The notes under the pieces: model-generated | The model's database searches: none | What the model was told of the DNA's origin: nothing | What the model saw: only the letters and a program-made list of their open reading frames with translations | Translations under genes and position numbers: made by a program | From: Leptothrix sp. (in: b-proteobacteria) | Lineage (GTDB): Bacteria > Pseudomonadota > Gammaproteobacteria > Burkholderiales > Burkholderiaceae_C | DNA: 64,000 bases | Direction: 5' to 3' | Assembly (NCBI GenBank): GCA_041083665.1 | Contig: JBFPGZ010000013.1 | Location: forward strand, 3,740 to 67,739 | Part shown: positions 1-12,600 of the stretch, in pieces | How the letters are laid out: every line of letters begins with the position of its first letter | Numbering within the stretch: position 1 is the stretch's first letter

Positions 1-240
1 GCAGATGTCGTTGATATGCCGTTTGACTACGCTGCACGTGACGCCATCCAACCCCATGGCGTCGCAAGCTAAGATTTATCATAAACAGCACTTTGAACAG
101 ATTGAGCATTTCTGCGGTCTTAAGCGTGCTCAATGTGATCAAGTACACACAACCCAACACCGACCCAGCAGATTGTTTTCAATTAACCAACACGCGCGCA
201 CCAGGCCATCACGCTGGGTCACGCCGCCTCACGTGAGGTC

Positions 241-1122
241 GTGAGGCTGGCGCGGTCGCCCAACCCCGTCACAATGAGCGTGCACCAGAACGACAAATCG
301 ATCTTCGCTTTGCCCGGGGCCCCCATGAGCAAGAACCACTCCACACCCCATCTGAGTAAAGGCGATTACCGCGCTCAACTCGGGCCGCTGCATTACGCAC
401 TCAACGACGTGGCGCGCTGGCTGGTGCACAGCAAGCGGCGCCTGGTCGTGCTGCTGGAAGGCCGCGACACCGCCGGCAAGGGCGGCGTGGCGCACGCGAT
501 CAGCGAAACGCTCAATCCGCGCCAGTGCAAGGTGGTGGCGCTGGGCAAACCGAGCGAGCGTGAAGCGACGCAGTGGTATTTCCAGCGTTATGTGCCGCAC
601 CTGCCGGCGGCGGGCGAGCTGGTGATCTTCGACCGCAGCTGGTACAACCGCGCCGGCGTCGAGCGGGTGATGGGCTTTTGCAGCGAAGCCGAAGCCCAGA
701 CCTTTCTGCGCCAGGCGCCGGAGTTCGAGAAGCTGCTGGTCGATGACGGCATCCTGCTGTTCAAGTACTGGCTCACGGTGGATCAGGCGCAGCAGGAGGA
801 ACGCTTCGCCGAGCGCCTGGCCGACCCGCTGAAACGCTGGAAGCTCTCCGACATCGACCTGCAGGCGCGCAAGCGCTACGCCGACTACGGCCGCGCCCGC
901 GACCAGATGCTGCAAGCCACCCACACCGAGCACGCGCCCTGGGCGTTGGTCGATTTCAACGATCAGCGCCTGGGCCGGCTGACGCTGATCCGGCATCTGC
1001 TCGACCATCTGCCAGCGCACAAGCTGCCGGAATCAAAGTTCGAACTGCCGCCGCTGAAACATGCGCTGCACCAGGAAACCTACACCGGCCCGGTGACGCC
1101 GATCCCGAACCTCGATCAGTAG
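241..1122 (+). CDS. Polyphosphate kinase 2 (PPK2) family protein. A GTG at 241 opens the ORF; ATG alternatives at 274 and 325 are plausible real starts.
   Basis: Carries the Walker A-like motif LLEGRDTAGKGG, diagnostic of PPK2 (GRDAAGKGG). Length of about 280 aa is typical of single-domain PPK2. Confidence 0.8.
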   Translation: MRLARSPNPVTMSVHQNDKSIFALPGAPMSKNHSTPHLSKGDYRAQLGPLHYALNDVARWLVHSKRRLVVLLEGRDTAGKGGVAHAISETLNPRQCKVVALGKPSEREATQWYFQRYVPHLPAAGELVIFDRSWYNRAGVERVMGFCSEAEAQTFLRQAPEFEKLLVDDGILLFKYWLTVDQAQQEERFAERLADPLKRWKLSDIDLQARKRYADYGRARDQMLQATHTEHAPWALVDFNDQRLGRLTLIRHLLDHLPAHKLPESKFELPPLKHALHQETYTGPVTPIPNLDQ

Positions 1123-1137
1123 CGCGACACTGCGCGC

Positions 1138-2433
1138 ATGGACCCCACCTCCCTGCGTTTCGATCTGACCCTCGACCCTGCCGTCACCGGGCTGGCGGCC
1201 GCACTTGTCGTCGGTCTGCTGATCGGGCTGGAGCGCGGCTGGCAAGACCGCGAGCTGGCCGACGGCAGCCGGGTCGCCGGCCTGCGCACCTTCGCGCTGA
1301 TCGGCCTGCTCGGCGGCGTGCTGGCGATTCTGCGCCGCGACTTCGGCATCTGGCCGCTCGCTGCCGGGCTGCTCGGTCTGGCGCTGCTGGGCGCCGTGTC
1401 GTACCGCGAATCGGTGCGCGTCAACGGCAGCCTGAGTGTCACCAGCACCATCGCGGCGCTGCTGACTTACGCGCTGGGCGCCATGGCAGCGGCGGGCGCC
1501 CCGGCACATGCGGTCGGGGTGGCGGTGATCGTCACCTTGCTGCTCGATCTCAAACCGACCTTGCACGGCTGGCTGCGCCACATCGAACACCGCGAGCTGA
1601 GCGCCGCGCTGCAGATGCTGGTGCTGTCGATGGTGGTGCTGCCCTTGCTGCCGGATCAGGGCTACGGCCCCTACGACGCGCTCAATCCGTATCGGCTCTG
1701 GTGGGCGGTGGTGCTGGTGTCGGGCCTGTCGCTGGCCGGCCATGTGGCGATGCGCTTGAGTGGCCCGCAGCGCGGCCTGCTCTGGACCGGTCTGCTCGGC
1801 GGGCTGGCCTCGTCAACGGCGGCGACGCTGACGCTCTCAAGGCGCGCCCGCCAGGAGCCGGGGCTGGTCGATGCGGCGGCGGCCGGCACGCTGGCGGCCT
1901 GCGGCGTGATGTTCCTGCGCATGACGGTGATCGTGATGTCACTGCAGCCGATGCTCGGCCGCACCTTGGCCGCACCCCTGATCGCCAGCGGCCTGAGCTT
2001 GCTCGGGCTCGGCCTGCTGCAGTGGCGCCGCCGCCCACCGGGCACGCCGCCCGCCGCTGCGACCGACGCGGAGTCCCCCTTCGACCTCAGTGTCGCGGTC
2101 GGATTCGGCGCCTTTCTGGGCCTGATGGCGGTGCTCAGCCACGCGGCACATGACTGGTTCGGCGATGGCGGCCTGTACGGCCTGGCGCTGCTGTCGGGGC
2201 TGGCCGATGTCGATGCGATCGTGATCTCGGTGAGTCGCATGCATGGCAGCAACGGCCTGCCAACCGCTGCTGCCGGGCTGGCGATGGGCCTGGCGGCAGC
2301 ATCGAACATGGTGACCAAGGCGGTGATGGCCTGGGTGACCGGCAACGCGGCACTCGGCCGCCGCGTGGTGCTCGGCTACGCGGTGGCGATGGCGGTGGGC
2401 GTGGCGACCACGGCGCTGGTGCTGCGAGCCTGA
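1138..2433 (+). CDS. MgtC/SapB-family integral membrane protein with a C-terminal DUF4010-like region
   Basis: 431 aa and highly hydrophobic with multiple TM helices. The N-terminal 'LVVGLLIGLERGWQDRE' matches the MgtC family signature. Confidence 0.6.
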   Translation: MDPTSLRFDLTLDPAVTGLAAALVVGLLIGLERGWQDRELADGSRVAGLRTFALIGLLGGVLAILRRDFGIWPLAAGLLGLALLGAVSYRESVRVNGSLSVTSTIAALLTYALGAMAAAGAPAHAVGVAVIVTLLLDLKPTLHGWLRHIEHRELSAALQMLVLSMVVLPLLPDQGYGPYDALNPYRLWWAVVLVSGLSLAGHVAMRLSGPQRGLLWTGLLGGLASSTAATLTLSRRARQEPGLVDAAAAGTLAACGVMFLRMTVIVMSLQPMLGRTLAAPLIASGLSLLGLGLLQWRRRPPGTPPAAATDAESPFDLSVAVGFGAFLGLMAVLSHAAHDWFGDGGLYGLALLSGLADVDAIVISVSRMHGSNGLPTAAAGLAMGLAAASNMVTKAVMAWVTGNAALGRRVVLGYAVAMAVGVATTALVLRA

Positions 2434-2510
2434 AAATCATCAACTTGATTTACATCAATACGACCAGCAGCAATCACTGACAAGGCAATCGATCCGGCTA
2501 GCATTTCGCC

Positions 2511-5711
<3,201 letters not shown>

Positions 5712-5742
5712 AAAACCGATCCCCACTGCCGGAGCCCACCTC

Positions 5743-6537
5743 ATGCAACGACGCACCACCACCCTTTCCTTGCTCAGCGCAGCCGCCTTGGGCGCCCTCA
5801 GCCTGACGGGCTGCGCTTCGATGGAGGCCGGCAACAAGCAGCGCCAGGTCGCCTCGGTGCTGAGCTTTCTGTTTCCGGGCAAGCAGGAGCCCGAGCCGCC
5901 CTCCGAGCGCATCGCCGAGCTCAAGGTGCCGTTCCGCATCGGCGTGGCTTTCGTGCCGGACACCGCTGCGGCCGAGTTCCGGCTCGCCGAGGCCGAACGG
6001 CAAGGCCTGGCCAGCAAGGTGCGCGACGCGTTTGCCGGTTACCCCTTCATCGGCCACATCGAGATCGTGCCCTCGCTCTACCTGGAGCCGGGCGGCGGTT
6101 TTGCCAACCTGGAGCGGGTCGGCTCGCTGCTCAACCTCGACGTGGTAGCGCTGATCTCGTACGACCAGGTGCAGCACGCCGACGCCAGCGGCTGGTCGTT
6201 CCTGTACTGGACCGGCGTGGGCGCCTACGTGATCGAAGGCGACCACTACGAAGCGCTCACCGCCGTCGAGTGCACCGTGTTCGACATCAGGAGCCACCGG
6301 CTGCTGATGCGCGCCGGCGCCACCTCGACCAACAAGGGCGACGCCACGCTGGTCAGCTTCTCGGAGAAGGCCCGTGCCGGCCGCGCCCAGAGCTTTGCCG
6401 AAGCGATGGACCGGATGGTTGCCTCGCTGCAGCAGGAAGTGCGCACCTTCCGCGACAAGGCCCCCAAGGATCCGATGATCCGGCTGGTGCTGCCGCCGGG
6501 CTACGACCCGAAGGCGGGGGCGGCGCCGGTGCGCTGA
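5743..6537 (+). CDS. Putative lipoprotein of unknown function
   Basis: Signal peptide with lipobox 'LSLTGCAS'. No recognisable catalytic motifs. Confidence 0.55.
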   Translation: MQRRTTTLSLLSAAALGALSLTGCASMEAGNKQRQVASVLSFLFPGKQEPEPPSERIAELKVPFRIGVAFVPDTAAAEFRLAEAERQGLASKVRDAFAGYPFIGHIEIVPSLYLEPGGGFANLERVGSLLNLDVVALISYDQVQHADASGWSFLYWTGVGAYVIEGDHYEALTAVECTVFDIRSHRLLMRAGATSTNKGDATLVSFSEKARAGRAQSFAEAMDRMVASLQQEVRTFRDKAPKDPMIRLVLPPGYDPKAGAAPVR

Positions 6538-6668
6538 CGCCGCACCTACCCTCCTGAGCGATCCGGCGGCAGCTCGTGCAGGGCTGTTTTATACCGTCTT
6601 ATCCCTGCTCAAGTTCCAGGTCAGATATCCGTAAATGTGCGATCTCCATCGCACTGACAGGATGACCT

Positions 6669-9600
6669 GTGAACCGCTCCTTTCGCCTCATCTGGAATGA
6701 CCAAAAGCACACCTACGTCGTCGCGCCGGAAACGGCGCGCGGCCGAGGCAAGCGCAGCAACGGCCGCGCCGCAGCGACGGTGTCGGCACTCGCTGCCAGC
6801 CTGCTGAGTCTGGCGGCCTGGGGCGCACCGAACACCCTGCCGAGCGGCGGCCAGGTCTCTGCCGGGCAGGCCAGCATCGCCAGCAGCGGCAACGTCATGA
6901 CGGTGACGCAGGGCACGCAGCGGGCCGCGATCAACTGGCCGAGCTTCTCGATCGGCAGCGACGCCGCCGTCAACTTCCAGCAGCCGAACGCGGCGGCGGT
7001 GATCCTGAACCGGGTGGTCGGCAGCGAGCAGTCGGTGATCGACGGCGCACTGAACGCGAACGGCCAGGTCTTCCTGCTCAACGCCAACGGTCTGCTGTTC
7101 GGCAAGGGCGCCAGCGTCAACACCGCCGGGCTGGTGGCCTCGACGCTGAGCCTGTCGGACGCCGACTTCATGGCCGGCAAGAGCAGCTTCACGGCCAACG
7201 GCAGCCAGGCCAGCGTCATCAACCTCGGCACGATCAATGCGGCAGACGGCGGCTATGTGGCGCTGCTCGGCCAGCAGGTCAGCAACCAGGGCGCCATCAC
7301 GGCCCGGCTGGGGACAGTGGCACTGGCCGCTGGCGACAAGATCAGCCTCAACTTCAACGGCAACTCGCTGCTCGGCGTGGTGGTGGATCAGGGCGCGCTG
7401 AACGCGCTGGTCGAGAACCGGCAAGCCATCCTGGCTGACGGCGGCCTGGTCGTGCTGACCGCCAAGGGGCTCGACGCCGTGCTGGCCAGCGCGGTCAACA
7501 ACAGCGGCGAGGTTCGAGCGCAGACCGTGGCGAACCAGGCCGGCCGGATCCTGCTGCTCGGTGACATGCAGTCGGGCAGCGTCAACGTCGGCGGCACGCT
7601 GGACGCCAGCGCCCCGGCAGGCGGCAACGGCGGTTTCGTCGAAACCTCGGCAGCACACGTCAAGGTCGCGGCCGACACCCGGGTCACGACGGCGGCTGCG
7701 CAGGGTCAGGCCGGCAACTGGCTGATCGATCCGCACGACTTCACGATCGCCGCCAGCGGCGGCGACATCAGCGGCACCACGCTGTCGAACAACCTGGCCA
7801 GCGGCAACATCACGATCCAGAGCAGCGGCGGCGCCGCCGGCACGAACGGCGATCTCAACGTCAACGACGCAGTGGCCTGGAGCGCCCACACCCTGACGCT
7901 GACGGCGGCCAACAACGTCAACATCAACGCGGTGATGAGTGCAACCGGCGCGGCCTCGCTGGCGCTGAACCCGGCCAGCGCGAACGGCAGCGACGCGGCC
8001 AACGCCAGCGGCACGGTGCGGGTCGGCATGGACAGCAACGGCTTCATCGGCCGGGTCGATTTCAGCGGTGAGGGCACGCTCGCGATCGGCGGCATCAACT
8101 ACACCGTCATCAACAGCCTGGGCGTGGCCGGCAGCAGCAACGGCAGCGATCTGCAGGGCATGAACGGCAACCTGAGCGGGCACTACGTGCTGGGCAGCAA
8201 CATCGACGCCACGAGCACCAGCGGCTGGAATGGCGGCGCCGGTTTTGTGCCGGTCGGCAACGGCAGCACGGCCTTCAGCGGTATCTTCGACGGCCTGGGC
8301 CACACCATCAGCGGGCTGAACATCAACCGGCTCGGCACCGACCAGGTCGGCTTGTTCGGCGTCGGCGACAGCAGTGCCGTGGTGCGCAACGTCGGCCTGG
8401 CCGGCGCCAGCGTCTCGGGCAAGAACTTCGTCGGCGCGCTGATGGGCAGCAACCACGGCAGCGTCGCCAACAGCTACGCCGACGCCGCGATCCTGGCCAA
8501 CGTCGCCTCGGTTTCCTACATCGGCGGACTGGTCGGCCTGAACGACGGCAGCATCGCCGGCAGCCATGTCGGCGGCAGCGTCAGGGCGGAAGCGACCTAC
8601 GACGTCCGGGTCGGTGGCCTGGTCGGCGGCAACATCGGCCAGGGCAGCATCAGCGGCAGTCACTCGACCGCAGCGGTGACGATCAACAACAACGGCGTCG
8701 CCACCCCGGACGCCCCGACCCTCGGCGGTCTGGCGGGCATCAACGACGGCAGCATCACGAACAGCTACGCCACCGGTGCGGTGACGAACGGCAACGGCGG
8801 CCTGGTCGGCCTGAACAACGGCAGCATCAGCGCCAGCCACGCCAGTGGCAGCGTGAGCGGCGGCAGCAATCTGGGCGGCCTGGTCGGCCTGAACACCGGC
8901 AGCATCGCCGACAGCTACGCCGAGACCGGCGCGATCACGGGTCTCGACAACATCGGCGGCCTGGTCGGGCTGAGCACCAGCACCGGCAGCATCGCGCGCA
9001 GCCATGCCAACGGCAATGTGAGCGCCAGCCGCTGGATGGTCGGCGGCCTGGTCGGCGTCAACCAGGGCAGCATCAGCGACAGCCAGGCCGACATCGGCAC
9101 GGTGAGCAGCAGCGACTGGTTCGGCCACTCGATGGCCGGCGGGCTGGTCGGCTACAACAGCGGCAGCATCACTGGCAGCCAGGCGACCGGCAACGTCAGC
9201 GGCCCCTCGGCCGAAGTCGGCGGCCTGGTCGGCAAGAGCGAAGGCACCGGCGCCAGCATCAGCAACAGCCATGCCTCGGGCGCCGTGGCCGGTGGCGGCA
9301 ACACCGGCGGCCTGGTCGGTTTCAACACGGGCGCCATCAGCGTCAGCGATGCCAGCGGCACGGTCACCAGTGGCGGCGACAACATCGGCGGGCTGGTCGG
9401 CTACAACGAGTCCGGCGCCAGCATCGCCGCCAGCCACAGCACCGGCAACGCGACCGGTCACACCGGTGTCGGCGGGCTGGCAGGGGTGAATCGCGGCAGC
9501 GTCAGCGACAGCTCGGCGACGGGCTCGGTCAGTGCCGGCGAGTTCTGGGGCGGCTCCAGTGCCGGTGGCCTGGTCGGCTACAACACCGGCGACATCAGCA

Positions 9601-12600
9601 ACAGCAGCGCCGCCGGAGCGGTGACGGCCACCGGCTCCAACGTCGGCGGCCTGGTCGGCGCGGCCGACGCCGGCAGCGTCACCAACAGCCATGCCACCGG
9701 TGCGGCCGCCGGGGTGTCCAATGTCGGCGGCCTGATCGGCCTCAGCCGGGTGGCCATCAGCGGCAGCGATGCCACCGGGGCCATCTCCGGGCTCGGCGAC
9801 AACATCGGCGGCCTGGTGGGCGACAACGAAGGCGGCAGCATCGGCGCCAGCCACAGCAGCGGCAACGTCACGGGCCACACCGGAGTGGGCGGTCTGGCCG
9901 GCGTGAACCGTGGCGCCATCAGCGACAGCCAGGCGACGGGTTCCGTCACCGCAGGCGAGTTCTGGGGCGGCTCCAGCGCCGGTGGTCTGGTGGGCTGGAA
10001 CAACGGCGCCATCAGCCACAGCAGCGCCGGTGGCGCGGTGACGGCGGCCGGCGCCAATGTCGGCGGCCTGATCGGTGTCAACGACGGCGGCAGCATCAGC
10101 GCCAGCCACGCCTCGGGCGCAGTGGCCGGCACCGACAGCGTCGGCGGCCTGATCGGCTACAACAATCTGACCATCACCGGCAGCGACGCCAGCGGCGCGG
10201 TCAGCGCCAGCGGCAGCAACGTCGGCGGTCTGGTCGGCAACAACGACGGTAGCGGCAGCATCAGCGCCAGCCACGCCAGCGGCAATGTGACGGGCTTCAC
10301 CACGGTCGGCGGCCTGGTCGGCGTGAACCGTGGCGGCATCAGCGACAGCCAGGCCGACACCGGCACCGTCAGCGCCGGCAACTTCTGGGGCGGCTCCACC
10401 GCCGGCGGTCTGGTCGGCTACAACACCGGCGCCATCAGCAACAGCAGTGCCGGCGGCGTGGTGACGGCCACCGGCTCGGGCGTCGGCGGCCTGGTCGGCA
10501 CGATCGATGTCGGCGGCAGCGTCAGCAACAGCCACGCCGGCGGCCCGGTGTCCGGTACCAGCGACGTCGGCGGCCTGGTCGGCTACAACCGGGCCAGCAT
10601 CAGCGGCAGCGATGCCAGCGGCGCAGTCACCGGCAGCGGCGACAACGTCGGCGGCCTGCTCGGAACCAACAACGGCGGCACTGTCAGCGCCAGCCACGCC
10701 AGCGGCGCGGTAGTCGGCTCTTCCAACATCGGTGGCCTGGTCGGCTACAACAACGCAACCGTCAGCGCCAGCGATGCCAGCGGCGCAGTCAGCGCCAGTG
10801 GCAGCAATGTCGGCGGCCTGGTCGGCAACAACGACGCTGGCGGCAGCATCAGCACCGGCCACAGCACGGGCAACATCACGGGCTTCACTTCGGTCGGCGG
10901 GCTGGCCGGCGTGAACCGAGGCAGCATCAGCGACAGCCAGGCCGACACCGGCACGGTCAGCGCCGGCAACTTCTGGGGCGGCTCCAGCGCCGGCGGCCTG
11001 GTCGGCTACAACACCGGCACCATCAGCGGCAGCACCGCCGCCGTGGCCGTGACGGCGACCGGCTCCGGCGTCGGTGGCCTGGTCGGCACCGCCGATGCCG
11101 GCAACATCAGCAGCAGCCACGCCACCGGCGCGGTCGCCGGCACCGACAACGTCGGCGGCCTGGTCGGCTACAGCAGGGCCGCCATCAGCGGCAGCGATGC
11201 CATCGGCAACGTCAGCGGCAGTGGCAGCAACGTCGGTGGCCTGGTCGGCAACAACGACAGCGGCGGCAGCATCAGCACCAGTTATGCCGACATCGGCGTG
11301 GTTGCTGGCAACAGCAACGTCGGCGGTCTGGTGGGCAACAACGCCGGCAACGTTGCCAACAGCCACGCCAGCGGCGCGGTGACCAGCAACGGCGACAACG
11401 TCGGCGGCCTGGTCGGCAACAACAACAGCGGTATCAGCACCAGCTACGCGACCGGCGCAGCGTCGGGCCGCAATGCCGTCGGCGGTCTGGTCGGGCTGAA
11501 CAACAGCGCAGCCCTCAGCGACGACTACGCTTCCGGCACGGTCACCGGCGTGACCAACGTCGGCGGGCTGGTCGGCTACAACAACCACGGCACGCTGAGC
11601 AACTCGTTCTACGACGTCGATCAGGTCGATATCAACGGCGGCAAGCTGCTGACGGCCGGCGGCATCTACGACGCCCAGTTCCAGGACTGGATCGGCCACG
11701 GCCGCACGCTCAACATCGCCGACTACGCGGCCAACCTGTCCCATGACAGCGAGAGCGGCACTTACGGCGTCAGCTCCGCAGCGGGTCTGCGCGACATGCT
11801 GGGCTTTGCCGAGAGCAACAACGCCGGCCTCACTTTCCGCCTGAAGAACAGCATCGATCTGGCGCAGACACCGGAGCTGTGGGTGCCGTATTTCGCCGCC
11901 TCGTTCGACGGCGGGAGCAAGGTCATCGCCAACGCGAGCATCCAGGCGCAGAACATCAACGACCAGGTCGGCTTCTTCGGCCAGCAACTCGGCTCGGTGA
12001 GCAACCTGGGGCTGCCGAACATCAGCGTGGCCGGCCATAGCCGCACCGGTGGCCTGGCGGGCTACAACCAGGGCAGCATCAGCAACAGCTACGTCGAGGG
12101 CAGCGTCTCCGGCACCGACGTCACCGGCGGTCTGGTCGGCGAAAACCAGGGCAGCATCAGCAACAGCTACGCTGCGGCCCAGGTCGCGGGCAATGTCTTC
12201 GTCGGCGGACTGGCCGGCGCCAACACCGGCACGATCGACAAGACCTATGCGACCGGCCAGGTAAACGGCAACGCCGTGGTGGCCGGTCTGGTCGGCAGCA
12301 ACGAAGGCGTGGTCAACGCGAGTTTCTGGGACAACGCTGGCGGCAGCCTGTCCACCGCCGATGCCCGGCTCCAGGCCAACTACACCAGCGCCACTGCAGC
12401 CAACGGCAACGCCAACCCGGGCTGGGACTTCAACAACACCTGGGTGATCTACGACGGCCACAGCCATCCGCTGCTGCGCAGCTTCATGACGCCGCTGACC
12501 ATCACGGCGAACAACGCGCTCAAGACCTACGACGGTCAGGCGTATGACGGTTCGGCCGGCCTGAGCTATTCCGATACGCCCGACCAGAGCAAGCTGCTGG

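Noticed and set aside
5-244. 79-aa ORF in an AT-richer leader region
   Set aside because: It has no RBS and a non-bacterial-looking composition. The region 60-200 is more likely the promoter and 5' region of the PPK2 gene.
229-1020. 263-aa minus-strand ORF
   Set aside because: It is antisense to the PPK2 gene, which has a definitive Walker A motif in the sense frame.
6621-12467. 1948-aa ORF on the minus strand
   Set aside because: It is entirely antisense to tpsA-1 and is Ala/Gly/Val/Asp-rich garbage created by the GC-rich periodic GLUG repeats. The sense-strand product has a bona fide TPS domain and a partner TpsB.
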